Positions 40,487-50,228 of a DNA stretch of 64,000 bases are shown in pieces; position 1 is the stretch's first letter; every line of letters starts with the position of its first letter. Source of the stretch: Candidatus Woesearchaeota archaeon (lineage in GTDB: Archaea > Nanobdellota > Nanobdellia > Woesearchaeales > DSVV01); assembly GCA_016192995.1 (NCBI GenBank), contig JACPTB010000001.1, positions 65,110 to 129,109 of the forward strand. The letters run 5' to 3'. The position numbers and the translations under genes are program-made. The notes under the pieces were generated by a model. The model was not told the origin of the DNA. It saw only the letters and a list, made by a program, of their open reading frames with translations, and searched no databases.

Positions 40487-41083
40487 TTACCTGCTCGAAT
40501 CTGCCTGCCGTTCTACTTCGTATTTCTTGGCAATAGCTATAGAGTTACCATTGCATTCAGCAGCATTCACTAGTTCATCTGCTAAAATATCAACAAACTT
40601 CTTTTTAGAATTAAAGCTCTTCTGATAAGAACCTTGAATCATATACCGGATTGTAATATCAATTCTTCTCTGTGGAGCGCATTCAACTGCTTTAGGATAA
40701 CGAGCACCCCCATATTCAATTGTTATAACTTCCTCTCTGGGAGCTGCATTTTCAAGAGCTTTAACTAATACTTCAACAGGATTCTTTTTTGTCTTTTGTT
40801 CAATGATCTTAAGCACCTGCTCCATCAACCGAAAAGCAGTGCCAGCTTTTCCTGTGCAATGATAGGATGTTTTGAAATGTTTTTTTGATTTATGCCCAGG
40901 TATCATAAGCTTGTTCATAAAACGTTCTATGATATTTACTCTTGATTTATGAAACTTATTTCCAGCATATCGCGCACCAGTTCTTGGCACGATTACAGAG
41001 CTTAAACTGATATAATTTCTTAAGCCAGGATCATTAACCTTAATTCCCTGCAAACTCCATTTATTGAATACTTTAATCTCCAT
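40487..41083 (-). CDS. rps7: Ribosomal protein uS7
   Basis: IIERFMNKLM, ENAAPREE, PQRRID, ERQADSSR. Confidence 0.97.
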   Translation of the reverse strand: MEIKVFNKWSLQGIKVNDPGLRNYISLSSVIVPRTGARYAGNKFHKSRVNIIERFMNKLMIPGHKSKKHFKTSYHCTGKAGTAFRLMEQVLKIIEQKTKKNPVEVLVKALENAAPREEVITIEYGGARYPKAVECAPQRRIDITIRYMIQGSYQKSFNSKKKFVDILADELVNAAECNGNSIAIAKKYEVERQADSSR

Positions 41084-41085
41084 GT

Positions 41086-41523
41086 TTATTTCCTTGCCTT
41101 TTCTAGTTTACCTTTTCGCAATGCGATTAAGCTTTGATCATTAACTTTGATAACTCGCCATCGTGTTCCTGGAATGTCACCCATCGCACGGCCCATTTTT
41201 CCACCAATACATTCGATAATAACTTCATCGTGCTCATCAATAAGCTTTGTAGCGCCATCTCCTGGAAGAAATGCAGTTACCTGCTTGCCATTTTTTATTA
41301 ATTGAATTCTTGCGCATTTACGCATTGCTGAGTTTGGCTGTTTTGCTTCAAGCTGCTTTTTCTCAATAACTATACCTCGAGCTTGTGAACAGCCACCAAG
41401 AGGATCTGATTTTTCCTTTAAGCCCAAAAACTTTCTTTTAAAACGTTTATCAGCTAGTTTAGAGTAAAATCTTCTTTTCCCTAATTTTTTTGCTGTGTTT
41501 AATCCGGATGGTTTGTGTCCCAT
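41086..41523 (-). CDS. rps12: Ribosomal protein uS12
   Basis: [27 protein letters not shown]. Confidence 0.97.
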   Translation of the reverse strand: MGHKPSGLNTAKKLGKRRFYSKLADKRFKRKFLGLKEKSDPLGGCSQARGIVIEKKQLEAKQPNSAMRKCARIQLIKNGKQVTAFLPGDGATKLIDEHDEVIIECIGGKMGRAMGDIPGTRWRVIKVNDQSLIALRKGKLEKARK

Positions 41524-41539
41524 AGTATGTTACCTTTGT

Positions 41540-41956
41540 TTATACAACTTTGATTTCATTGATATTAAAATATCTTTTGGTTATTGCCTCAAAATTCCTT
41601 AAATTTTGAGCAACTCTCCCTATGATTAACCCTCTTGTTTTTGAATCAAGAGGAGTGATCGTGACAATCTCATCTTCAATCTGTATATCCCTTGTTTTTA
41701 ATGGATACAAGACATTTCTTATGAACTGCGATAATTCTGGATTAAACTCCACTATTTTAAGCTTTCTATTTAATTTTGCTTCAAGCGCTTTTACTTTAAC
41801 ACCATTTTTGCCAACTGCATTAAATAGTTGCCCTTGGTCAACCACAAATATCTGCATTTCATGGTTGTCAGTGAAACAATCTTTGACTTTAGCTCCGGTA
41901 AATCGCTCAAAATACTGCATAAGCCCTATGGTTTCAAGATCCAATTTAATTTTCAA
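41540..41956 (-). CDS. nusA: Archaeal NusA
   Basis: TGAKVKDC, KH GKNG and GRVAQN motifs; TTG start after ggtga. Confidence 0.92.
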   Translation of the reverse strand: MKIKLDLETIGLMQYFERFTGAKVKDCFTDNHEMQIFVVDQGQLFNAVGKNGVKVKALEAKLNRKLKIVEFNPELSQFIRNVLYPLKTRDIQIEDEIVTITPLDSKTRGLIIGRVAQNLRNFEAITKRYFNINEIKVV

Positions 41957-41964
41957 GGACTCAC

Positions 41965-42249
41965 CTACTTGAGCAAACCAACTACAGAGATTGAAAATGG
42001 TTTCTTGCACAATACACCAAGCTCTTCGTTGGTGTATTTTAATTCATGAACATCGCATTTTGTTAATTTTGTATAGTAGTCAACATCTTCTTTAACTGAT
42101 GCTGGACAATTTGACGTAGTAAATACCGTAACCAGCTTCCCAGTTCGCAAGTGAGTTAAAGCTCTTTTTGTTCCAATGATAGCTTTTTTTTTTGCAATAG
42201 CCTCTTGTATCTGGGCAATGTCCTTTTGCAATTCCTTTTTCCTTGCCAT
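41965..42249 (-). CDS. rpl30e: Ribosomal protein eL30
   Basis: IIGTKR, SNCP, ELGVLCKKPF. Confidence 0.93.
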   Translation of the reverse strand: MARKKELQKDIAQIQEAIAKKKAIIGTKRALTHLRTGKLVTVFTTSNCPASVKEDVDYYTKLTKCDVHELKYTNEELGVLCKKPFSISVVGLLK

Positions 42250-42297
42250 ATTGTGTAACAACTCTGCACTGTTTTTTAAATGTTTACCTTACAAGCT

Positions 42298-43437
42298 TTA
42301 TTTAACCTTGCCTTTAGTATATAATTTGGGCAAGCCTGTTCCAATAGGAACTGGTTGATTAACCATAACATTTTCTACAATACTATTCAAGGGATCTATT
42401 TCACCGCTTAATGCTGCATCCATTAAATGTCTGATAGGAGTTTCGAATGATGCTCTTGCCAAGACACTTGATTTCTCACTTACAACACCATATCGCGTGA
42501 TACCTTTTATTTTTCCTGAAATACTCATAGTATCAGCAACTAACATAATGTGACGGATATCAACGTTTAAACCTTGAGCTTCAATAACTTTAAACACTTC
42601 TTCAACAACTGCCTGCCGCGCTGCTTCTATGCCAAGCACGTCTCCAATTTCAATAACATCATTAGACTTTGTTCTTGTACAATCAACTTTTTCATGATTA
42701 AGCACATCCATCAAATTACTTCCTGCAGTAATAATAATATATTCTTCTCCTTTTTTAACCGGCAGCACTTGAAGAATTCCTTTAATCCCTGAAACGTACA
42801 CATCTTTCAGTTTTTCTTTTAATTTAAATACTGCATTAATAGAATCATCTTTTTTTGGTTTAATAACCAGAAGATTGCTGTCTAATTTAACCGTAATCCC
42901 TCGTATGTTTGCACCAATACTCTTAACAACATCCTCTGATTTTAATTCTAAACGATTAACTTTATCCATATCCAAAGTAACATCTACGGTTGATTTTGCC
43001 ACATTGATTGTGAATTCTTTAGCTAATTCCTTTAATCTGCTTTCCTTAATAGATTCAGCTACTTCACGAATATTTTTTCCCTCGGAAAAAGGTTTTTTCA
43101 AGTAGATCTCCATCATCGGAGTTGATAATGATTTGCTGCAGTCGAGAATTTCAATAATACGCGGCAAACCAGTAGTAACGTTCATCTCAGCTACACCTGC
43201 AAAGTGAAAGGTGTTTAAGGTCATCTGCGTGCCTGGTTCACCAATGGATTCTGCGCTTAACAAACCAACACATTCACCAGCCTCAACCTGACTGTCATGA
43301 TATTCTTGGCATGTTTTTTCCAATATTTTTTTAAGTCTGGTTTTATTAAAACCATGGGTGAGTTCTTTAAGCTCAACTAAAACACTTTCTGGCAATTTAT
43401 CCTTGTATTCATTAAAAAGTTCTTCCATGTGCATCAA
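42298..43437 (-). CDS. rpoA2: RNA polymerase subunit Rpo1C (A'')
   Basis: [30 protein letters not shown]. Confidence 0.97.
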   Translation of the reverse strand: MMHMEELFNEYKDKLPESVLVELKELTHGFNKTRLKKILEKTCQEYHDSQVEAGECVGLLSAESIGEPGTQMTLNTFHFAGVAEMNVTTGLPRIIEILDCSKSLSTPMMEIYLKKPFSEGKNIREVAESIKESRLKELAKEFTINVAKSTVDVTLDMDKVNRLELKSEDVVKSIGANIRGITVKLDSNLLVIKPKKDDSINAVFKLKEKLKDVYVSGIKGILQVLPVKKGEEYIIITAGSNLMDVLNHEKVDCTRTKSNDVIEIGDVLGIEAARQAVVEEVFKVIEAQGLNVDIRHIMLVADTMSISGKIKGITRYGVVSEKSSVLARASFETPIRHLMDAALSGEIDPLNSIVENVMVNQPVPIGTGLPKLYTKGKVK

Positions 43438-43440
43438 CCT

Positions 43441-46041
43441 TTATTGAACTGATTCAACAATATTTTTAACATTAATTTTTCCGCCTTCACTTTTTGCAAC
43501 ACTGACACCATCATCTCCATATTTAAATTGGATTATTTTCTGGGTTGCATCTCTTACCGTACCATCATATTCTACTTTTAAATCCTGCAATGCATTAGAT
43601 AATCTCCGGTAAAGATATCCTGATTTAGGGGTTCTTAATGCTGTATCCATCAGAGAGTCTCTGCCAGTCATAGATGCAAAGAAAAATTCACTTGGCGTTA
43701 ATCCTGATTTAAAACTGCCTCTGATAAAACCACGGCTTGCAGGGCTTAAATCACCTTTTTTATAACAAGACAAGGTTCTTTGCGTATAACCTTTTTCTAT
43801 TCGTTTTCCTCTCATAGCTTGCTGTCCTACGCAACCTGCCATCTGCGCAAGGTTCAAAGGACCACCTCGCGCTCCAGAATCACTCATCATTAATGTTCCT
43901 GTGCCTCGAGAAACATGCTTTGAAACTAATTGTCCTGTCTCGTTTCTTGCTTTATTTAATTTTTCAAGAATTTTTAATTCTAAAGTTTCTGCAACAGTTC
44001 TTCCTGGGAATGCGTCTAATTTGCCTTGCTTGTAAACTTCAATCAATTCATCTACTTCACCATAAGCTTTATTCAATACTTCATTAATAGTATCATGCGC
44101 TTCCTTAGGCAAGTCAGTATCATGCAAAGCAGCAGTAAAACCATGACGCAATAATGTTTCGACTCCTAATCTGAAGATCTTTCCTAAAATTCTGATAGTT
44201 TTTTCTGCGCCATATTGTTTATGCAGCGTACGCAATAATAATCCTGAACCTTCACCAAGATTAGCCTTATCCATAACTCCCCTGAGAAGCACCCCATCCT
44301 TAATTTCAACAAGAGCATCATTTTTCTTATCAATCTCAGGTTTGCCGGTGTATGATTTTGCATGACCTTCGAAATTAAAATCATTTGGCAAAAGAACGCT
44401 GAATATTTCTTTACCGGTAATACGCTCTTTGTTCGGCAACTTTTCGAAGTTAGTTTCCCTGATCGCTAATAATAATTCTATTGCCTGATTTCTTGTTACA
44501 TTCATATACTTTGTAAGAACATAATTTCCTGAAATTGAATCCTGTACACAACCAATAATGCTTAATCCATATCGTGGAGAAATTAATTGTGTTTGTACCT
44601 GCATTAAAATTTGAGCCTCTGCTCGCGCTTCCTGGGTTTGAGGAATATGCAAGTTCATTTCGTCTCCATCAAAATCTGCATTATAAGGAGCGCAAACTGC
44701 AGGATTTAACCTAAATGTTTTGTAGGGAAGCACTCTGATGCGGTGGCACATCATGGACATTCGGTGCAAACTTGGCTGCCGATTGAATACTGCAATATCA
44801 CCATTCATTAAATGCCGTTCAACCGTATAACCTGGCTGCAATTCTTCTAAAAGCTGCTCTTTTGTTTCATCAGTAATTTTTTTCTTCTTTCCATCAGGCC
44901 TGACGATATAATTGCTGCCAGGATAATTTTTAGGCCCACGTTCAACAAATGCGCGGATATATTTAGCATTCCATGCAGTAATAGTTTCCGGGACTGTAAG
45001 CTTCATTGCTACTTCCAAAGGAACTCCTACTTCATCCAAATCAATCATAGGGTCAGGAGAAACTACGGTTCGCGCAGAAAAATTAGTTCTTTTACCTGCT
45101 AAGTTATATCTAATACGGCCTTCTTTGCTTTTAATCCTTGTACTTAATGTTTTTAATGGCTGACCACTTCTGTGCCGGGCAGGAGGTAATTGTGCAACTT
45201 CATTATCAAAATAGGTTGTAATATGATACTGCAATAAGTCCCATAAATCTTCGATAATAATTTCTGGAGCGCCTGCATTAATATTTTCAAATAAACGTTG
45301 ATTAATTCTGACGATATCCCCTAATTTGTGGGTTAAATCATCTTCACTTCTTTCACCTGTTTCCAGCGTGATGCTTGGACGCATGGTTACTGGAGGAATC
45401 ATAAACAAAGTCAACACTGCCCATTCAGGACGGAAAGACTTTGCGTCAATACCAAAAATTAAACAGTCTTCATCAGGAATTTTTTCCAATCTTGATCGAA
45501 TTTCAATAGGAGTAACACGCTTTTCATTTTCAAGAATAGTTGTTGGTTTTTCTACATTAATTTTATACTGCTTTGCTTTGCATCGCGGGCATTTGCTTGC
45601 AGTCTTTAATGATTTAATAATCTCTTTAATTCGTTTTCTTCGCGCAAGCAGACCTGCTTCATTCGTTAATTTTTCAAGCTCATCGCGATGCGCATCTATT
45701 TTGTTTTGAGGAATAAGAATTCGCCCGCACTCGCGGCATGTTGCCTTGAGCAACGTAACAATAACACCAATATAATGAATATGAATAACCGGCCTTGCTA
45801 ATTCAATATATCCAAAATGGCCAAGACTTTCTTTTAATTTTAAGCCGTCAGTTTTACAGGTTAATCCAGGATCAATAACTCCCAAACGAATGTCCATTAA
45901 ACCGCCGTCAACAGGATATCCTTCTTTATCATATAATTCAGGAGTTACAATTTTAGCTACTGCCATCTCTTTAATTATTTTAGGAGACAACACTCCAAAC
46001 TGGATGCTTTTGATCTTTTTGTATACAAATTTTTCATCCAT
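43441..46041 (-). CDS. rpoA1: RNA polymerase subunit Rpo1N (A')
   Basis: YNADFDGDEMN catalytic motif, NRQPSLH, SGYLYRR. Confidence 0.98.
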   Translation of the reverse strand: MDEKFVYKKIKSIQFGVLSPKIIKEMAVAKIVTPELYDKEGYPVDGGLMDIRLGVIDPGLTCKTDGLKLKESLGHFGYIELARPVIHIHYIGVIVTLLKATCRECGRILIPQNKIDAHRDELEKLTNEAGLLARRKRIKEIIKSLKTASKCPRCKAKQYKINVEKPTTILENEKRVTPIEIRSRLEKIPDEDCLIFGIDAKSFRPEWAVLTLFMIPPVTMRPSITLETGERSEDDLTHKLGDIVRINQRLFENINAGAPEIIIEDLWDLLQYHITTYFDNEVAQLPPARHRSGQPLKTLSTRIKSKEGRIRYNLAGKRTNFSARTVVSPDPMIDLDEVGVPLEVAMKLTVPETITAWNAKYIRAFVERGPKNYPGSNYIVRPDGKKKKITDETKEQLLEELQPGYTVERHLMNGDIAVFNRQPSLHRMSMMCHRIRVLPYKTFRLNPAVCAPYNADFDGDEMNLHIPQTQEARAEAQILMQVQTQLISPRYGLSIIGCVQDSISGNYVLTKYMNVTRNQAIELLLAIRETNFEKLPNKERITGKEIFSVLLPNDFNFEGHAKSYTGKPEIDKKNDALVEIKDGVLLRGVMDKANLGEGSGLLLRTLHKQYGAEKTIRILGKIFRLGVETLLRHGFTAALHDTDLPKEAHDTINEVLNKAYGEVDELIEVYKQGKLDAFPGRTVAETLELKILEKLNKARNETGQLVSKHVSRGTGTLMMSDSGARGGPLNLAQMAGCVGQQAMRGKRIEKGYTQRTLSCYKKGDLSPASRGFIRGSFKSGLTPSEFFFASMTGRDSLMDTALRTPKSGYLYRRLSNALQDLKVEYDGTVRDATQKIIQFKYGDDGVSVAKSEGGKINVKNIVESVQ

Positions 46042-46078
46042 AATGCAACACCTTTAATTATTCATTATTTTTATTACC

Positions 46079-47881
46079 TTAAAACTTGTTTTCAAGGTCT
46101 AAGCGAGGATAAATCCCTAAGCTTTTGATTTCGTCTAATAATAATTTGAAAGCATAACTTATTTCGATGTATGACATCTCACTTTCTTCTCCATAAATCG
46201 GAGAAATCGCACGATTCTTTCGCGCATCAAAGTAACCAATCAAACCACTCTTTTCGCAAACAGGAACTATAACTCTGTCTGAATCAAAGCGCTCTTTTAA
46301 AAGAAGGCTTGCGCCGTGCGCTACAAAGGTATCTTTTTCCATCTCTCCTAATCTTAATCCACCTTCTTTTGCACGTCCCTCTGTTGGCTGTCGTGTTAAC
46401 AACTGGATTGGTCCTCGAGCGCGAGAATGCAATTTGTTTGATACCATATGTTTTAATTTGAGATAATACATATTGCCAACGTAAATCTGCGCTTCAAACA
46501 TTTCTCCACTCATGCCATTGTAAAATGTTTCAGTACCATTCTCTCTAAAACCCATAGATAACAATTCTTTTCGAATAGCTTCTTCTGGTTCAGCTTCAAA
46601 AGTAGTTCCATCAATATATCTTCCTGCTAATGCTCCTGTCTTTCCACCGACTAATTCAATCAAATGCGAAATAGTCATTCTTGAAGGAATACCATGCGGT
46701 GAAAACAATAAATCTGGAACAATCCCTGATGCAGTAAAAGGCATATCTGCTTGATCAACAATCAATCCGATAACTCCTTTTTGACCATGACGGGAGGTGA
46801 ATTTATCCCCTACTTCTGGAATTTTTCTGTCACGAACACGAACCTGCACTAATTTATTTCCTTCTTCATTCTCAGTAAGCAGAATAAAATCAATAATTCC
46901 TCGCTCACCATGTTTTACTACCATGGAAGATTCTCTTCGAAGATTAGAAGCTAAATTATATTCATCTGCGCCGCTTAAAAATCGCGGAGGTGAAGTTTTT
47001 CCAATAATTACATCTCCTTCTTTAATGCTTGCTTCAGGATAAATAATGCCATCTTCTTCCAATAAACGATAATCTTTTTCACTTCTATACCCGCGAACTT
47101 CTTTATCAGGGATGCAAACTTCATCCATTAAACCGCCTGAATATCGCAATTCATCAGCAACACTGGGCCTGAAATAGGTAGATCTTCCCATACCTCGTTC
47201 AACAGAACCTCGGTTAAGGATAATAGCGTCTTCCATGTTGTATCCTTTAAAACTCATAATAGCGACAACAACATTTTGCCCAGAAGGATGGCTATCATAA
47301 TTAGAAATATCATGCATAATAGTTTGAACAACAGGTCGTTGAGGATAATCCAGCAAGTTAACATCCATATCCATTCTAATATGATAATTTGCTGCGTATA
47401 CTCCTAATGCCTGCTTTTGGTTTTTACTTCCTGCGTTTAAACGTGTTGATTGGTTGTAGTTACCATAAGGAACAAGCGCTGTGCACAATCCTAAGATAGT
47501 TAAAGGTGCAATTTCAAGATGCGTGCATTCGGGCGTGATTTCTTCTGGCGTAAATGCAACAAGCGCATTTTCTTCTTCAAGCGCATCAAGATATTCAATA
47601 ACTCCCTGAGCAAGAAGATCTGACCAGGTTAATTCTCCTTTTTCAAGCTGATGAACATGCTTTTCGGTGAGAAGGGATTTACCGTCTTTAACAACCACTA
47701 ATGGCCTTCGCAAACGGCCTTTACAGGCTTCAATTTCAACAATATCTTCTCCTTTGTTATACAATATATTCACATTAGAAGTTAATGCGTTTTTTCGGCG
47801 TTCAGCAACGGTGCTTTCTACAAATTCAACAGGGTTTTCAACAGTACCAACAAATTTTCCATTAAGATATACGTCAGTCAT
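46079..47881 (-). CDS. rpoB1: RNA polymerase subunit Rpo2C (B')
   Basis: GYNMEDA, GDKFTSRHGQKG, GGLRLGEME. Confidence 0.98.
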   Translation of the reverse strand: MTDVYLNGKFVGTVENPVEFVESTVAERRKNALTSNVNILYNKGEDIVEIEACKGRLRRPLVVVKDGKSLLTEKHVHQLEKGELTWSDLLAQGVIEYLDALEEENALVAFTPEEITPECTHLEIAPLTILGLCTALVPYGNYNQSTRLNAGSKNQKQALGVYAANYHIRMDMDVNLLDYPQRPVVQTIMHDISNYDSHPSGQNVVVAIMSFKGYNMEDAIILNRGSVERGMGRSTYFRPSVADELRYSGGLMDEVCIPDKEVRGYRSEKDYRLLEEDGIIYPEASIKEGDVIIGKTSPPRFLSGADEYNLASNLRRESSMVVKHGERGIIDFILLTENEEGNKLVQVRVRDRKIPEVGDKFTSRHGQKGVIGLIVDQADMPFTASGIVPDLLFSPHGIPSRMTISHLIELVGGKTGALAGRYIDGTTFEAEPEEAIRKELLSMGFRENGTETFYNGMSGEMFEAQIYVGNMYYLKLKHMVSNKLHSRARGPIQLLTRQPTEGRAKEGGLRLGEMEKDTFVAHGASLLLKERFDSDRVIVPVCEKSGLIGYFDARKNRAISPIYGEESEMSYIEISYAFKLLLDEIKSLGIYPRLDLENKF

Positions 47882-47885
47882 GTTT

Positions 47886-49373
47886 TCACCTTACGGTCTT
47901 TAGCCCTATGTTTTTAAGCATTTTGACTACTTTATCTTCATCTGCTTCTAAGGAAACCTGCGCTAATAATGCAAGGTTTTTTCGCAACCCAATATTAGTA
48001 CCTTCAGGAGTTTCTATAGGACAAAGTCTTCCTAAATGTGTGCTATGCAATTCACGTGCTTCAAAATTTTCCTGAGAACTTGATAATGGAGAAACAACTC
48101 TTTGTAAGTGGCTTAGGGTTTCTAAGAAATTAATTCTTTGAATACGCTGGCTAATTCCTTTTCTGCCGCCGATCCAATTACCAGTAGCCATGGAACTGTA
48201 AATACGAGACGTCAATAATTTTTCCCTGATGATTACTTTAATTGAAGGAAATTTACCGCGCTTTACAATACGCTGGAAGTTATACAATAAATCACCGATC
48301 AATACTTTCAGGTTAACTCTGAATAATTCACCTAATAAATCTCCACTCATTTTCATTCTTTTATTCATGTAATGATCTTTATCTGAAATCTGAATTTTAT
48401 TATTTCCTACGTCAATGAAACGTTTTAATAATTTGCATAAGTTGTATGCTTTAAACATTCTATCTTCTTTATTGATCCCTAAATGCGGCAATAAATATTT
48501 ATCAAGAATTTCCTTCATACGCTCAACGCGAATTTCTTTTGACTGCGTAATACCAATTTTTTTTGCAACGTAATCCAACGCTTCTTCTTCAGATTTAATA
48601 TCGACAAACTCGTATAAATTAATATAAATCTCATCGCTTTGCTCTTCGCCTGCAACATACCGCATAATGTCTTCATCTTTAATTAAACCAAGAGCTTTAA
48701 CCATGACAATTAAAGGAATACGCTTTACTCGGGTGAATGATAAATAGAATAAACCATCTTTTAAACGCTCAAAGGTATGTGGAATTTTGTACGATCCTGA
48801 TTCGGAAAATAATTTCCCCACATATTCGCTTGGACCAATAGTATCCTGGCTCACTAAAAACCTATTTGCTGCAAGATCCTCGATATTGATCAGCACCCTC
48901 TCTGTGCCATTAATGATAAAATAACCGCCTAAATCATCAGGATCTTCACCGCGCTTAATCAATTCCTCTTTGCTTAAACCATGAAGATGACAGTATTTAG
49001 AGCCAAGCATAATCGGCAAATTTGCAATTTGCGTCGTGAATGATTCACGCTGAATACCATTAATATGCGCGCTGATTTCAATAAATACAGGAGCAGCATA
49101 ACTGATTTTTCTCAACCTCGCTTCAATGGGATAAATAGGTCTTTTAGAACCATCAGCTTCAGTGATTTCTGGTTTGCTTACCCAAATACGGTCGAGCCTG
49201 ATTTTAAATTCATCAACATTGCTTGGAATAATAGTAGGCTCAACAATTTTATTTTCTTCAACAATAAGCGGCAATTCCTGTTCAATAAACTCATTAAATG
49301 ATTGTATATCCGATGCAACTAATGAATGCTCTTCAAAATATTTTTTGATTAACATTTCAGAATATTTACGCAC
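47886..49373 (-). CDS. rpoB2: RNA polymerase subunit Rpo2N (B'')
   Basis: GGYFIINGTERV, LCPIETPEGTNIGLRKNL. Confidence 0.97.
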   Translation of the reverse strand: MRKYSEMLIKKYFEEHSLVASDIQSFNEFIEQELPLIVEENKIVEPTIIPSNVDEFKIRLDRIWVSKPEITEADGSKRPIYPIEARLRKISYAAPVFIEISAHINGIQRESFTTQIANLPIMLGSKYCHLHGLSKEELIKRGEDPDDLGGYFIINGTERVLINIEDLAANRFLVSQDTIGPSEYVGKLFSESGSYKIPHTFERLKDGLFYLSFTRVKRIPLIVMVKALGLIKDEDIMRYVAGEEQSDEIYINLYEFVDIKSEEEALDYVAKKIGITQSKEIRVERMKEILDKYLLPHLGINKEDRMFKAYNLCKLLKRFIDVGNNKIQISDKDHYMNKRMKMSGDLLGELFRVNLKVLIGDLLYNFQRIVKRGKFPSIKVIIREKLLTSRIYSSMATGNWIGGRKGISQRIQRINFLETLSHLQRVVSPLSSSQENFEARELHSTHLGRLCPIETPEGTNIGLRKNLALLAQVSLEADEDKVVKMLKNIGLKTVR

Positions 49374-49626
49374 TTACAACACCTCGGTAATAAACAACTT
49401 CACCTGCAGTAGGACTTTTCTTGACTACTTTGATAATATCCCCTAATTTTACGTCTAAACGTCGAAGAGCAGGATCAGTTATGAGAATTCTAGGAAGCTG
49501 ATGAATAGAAACATTGAATTGAGCAAGAACCTCTTTTTTTTCTTTTTCATTAAGCTTAACATGCTTAGGAACTAAAACATGTTGAGCAACATCAAAATTT
49601 GTTTGTTTTTTAACTTTTTTAACCAT
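49366..49626 (-). CDS. rpoH: RNA polymerase subunit Rpo5 (H)
   Basis: HVLVPKH, LPRILITDP, SPTAG..YYRGV; start moved to MVKK because the upstream extension overlaps tRNA-Lys. Confidence 0.95.
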   Translation of the reverse strand: MVKKVKKQTNFDVAQHVLVPKHVKLNEKEKKEVLAQFNVSIHQLPRILITDPALRRLDVKLGDIIKVVKKSPTAGEVVYYRGVVSA

Positions 49627-49664
49627 GTTTATACCCAAGCTCATGATATCAATATTAAGTATAA

Positions 49665-49761
49665 CGGGCCAGACGAGATTTGAACTCGCGACCACCCGAT
49701 TTCTTAGGAAGCTGAGCATCCTTAAAAGTCGGGTGCTCTATCCAGGCTGAGCCACTGGCCC
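49665..49761 (-). tRNA. tRNA-Lys(TTT) with ~22-nt canonical 37/38 intron
   Basis: gggccagtggctcagcctggatagagcacccgactTTTa[intron]atcgggtggtcgcgagttcaaatctcgtctggcccg. Confidence 0.9.
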
Positions 49762-49774
49762 TTTGAGCAAAAAA

Positions 49775-49886
49775 CGCCCTGGCCGGGACATTCAGCGAAT
49801 ATTGCCTCTTTTAAGCAGTATTCAGGTTTTGAACCCGAGTCGGAACCGTGACAGGGTTCCATGATAGGCCACTACACTACCAGGGC
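49775..49886 (-). tRNA. tRNA-Asp(GTC) with ~39-nt intron in the T loop
   Basis: Intact anticodon arm gaacc-ctGTCac-ggttc; ggttcaaa[39 nt]tcccggccagggcg; removal restores 73 nt. Confidence 0.88.
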
Positions 49887-50013
49887 TTTTTACTGATGAA
49901 TGAACTAGTATTCCGTCTTCTAACTTAAAAATAGAGTCCATTTACCCCCAATTTAAGATAAGAAAGACTAGTATAGCAATTCATCATACTAATGGCTTTT
50001 TATTGGTTATTTA

Positions 50014-50063
50014 TAAAACTTTTGCTTATCCGTTGACTCAACAATGGATAAGCAAAAGTTTTA
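50014..50063. promoter_or_regulatory. 18-bp inverted repeat running into back-to-back BRE/TATA-like motifs
   Basis: taaaacttttgcttatcc-N14-ggataagcaaaagtttta, each arm continuing into a TATA-like box facing tRNA genes. Confidence 0.65.
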
Positions 50064-50090
50064 AATAAAGTGGCAAAACCTAAAACATAT

Positions 50091-50218
50091 CCTCCTATAG
50101 CTCAACGGCAGAGCGTTCGGCTGTAGATAACTCACTGCAATGACATTGGATTATCCATAAGAATGAGTTGCAGCCAGCTGAACCCGAAAGGTTCCCGGTT
50201 CAAATCCGGGTGGGGGGA
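50091..50218 (+). tRNA. tRNA-Tyr(GTA) with ~56-nt anticodon-loop intron
   Basis: cctcctatagctcaacggcagagcgttcggctGTAg[intron]cccgaaaggttcccggttcaaatccgggtgggggga. Confidence 0.88.
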
Positions 50219-50228
50219 TTTCTTTATC

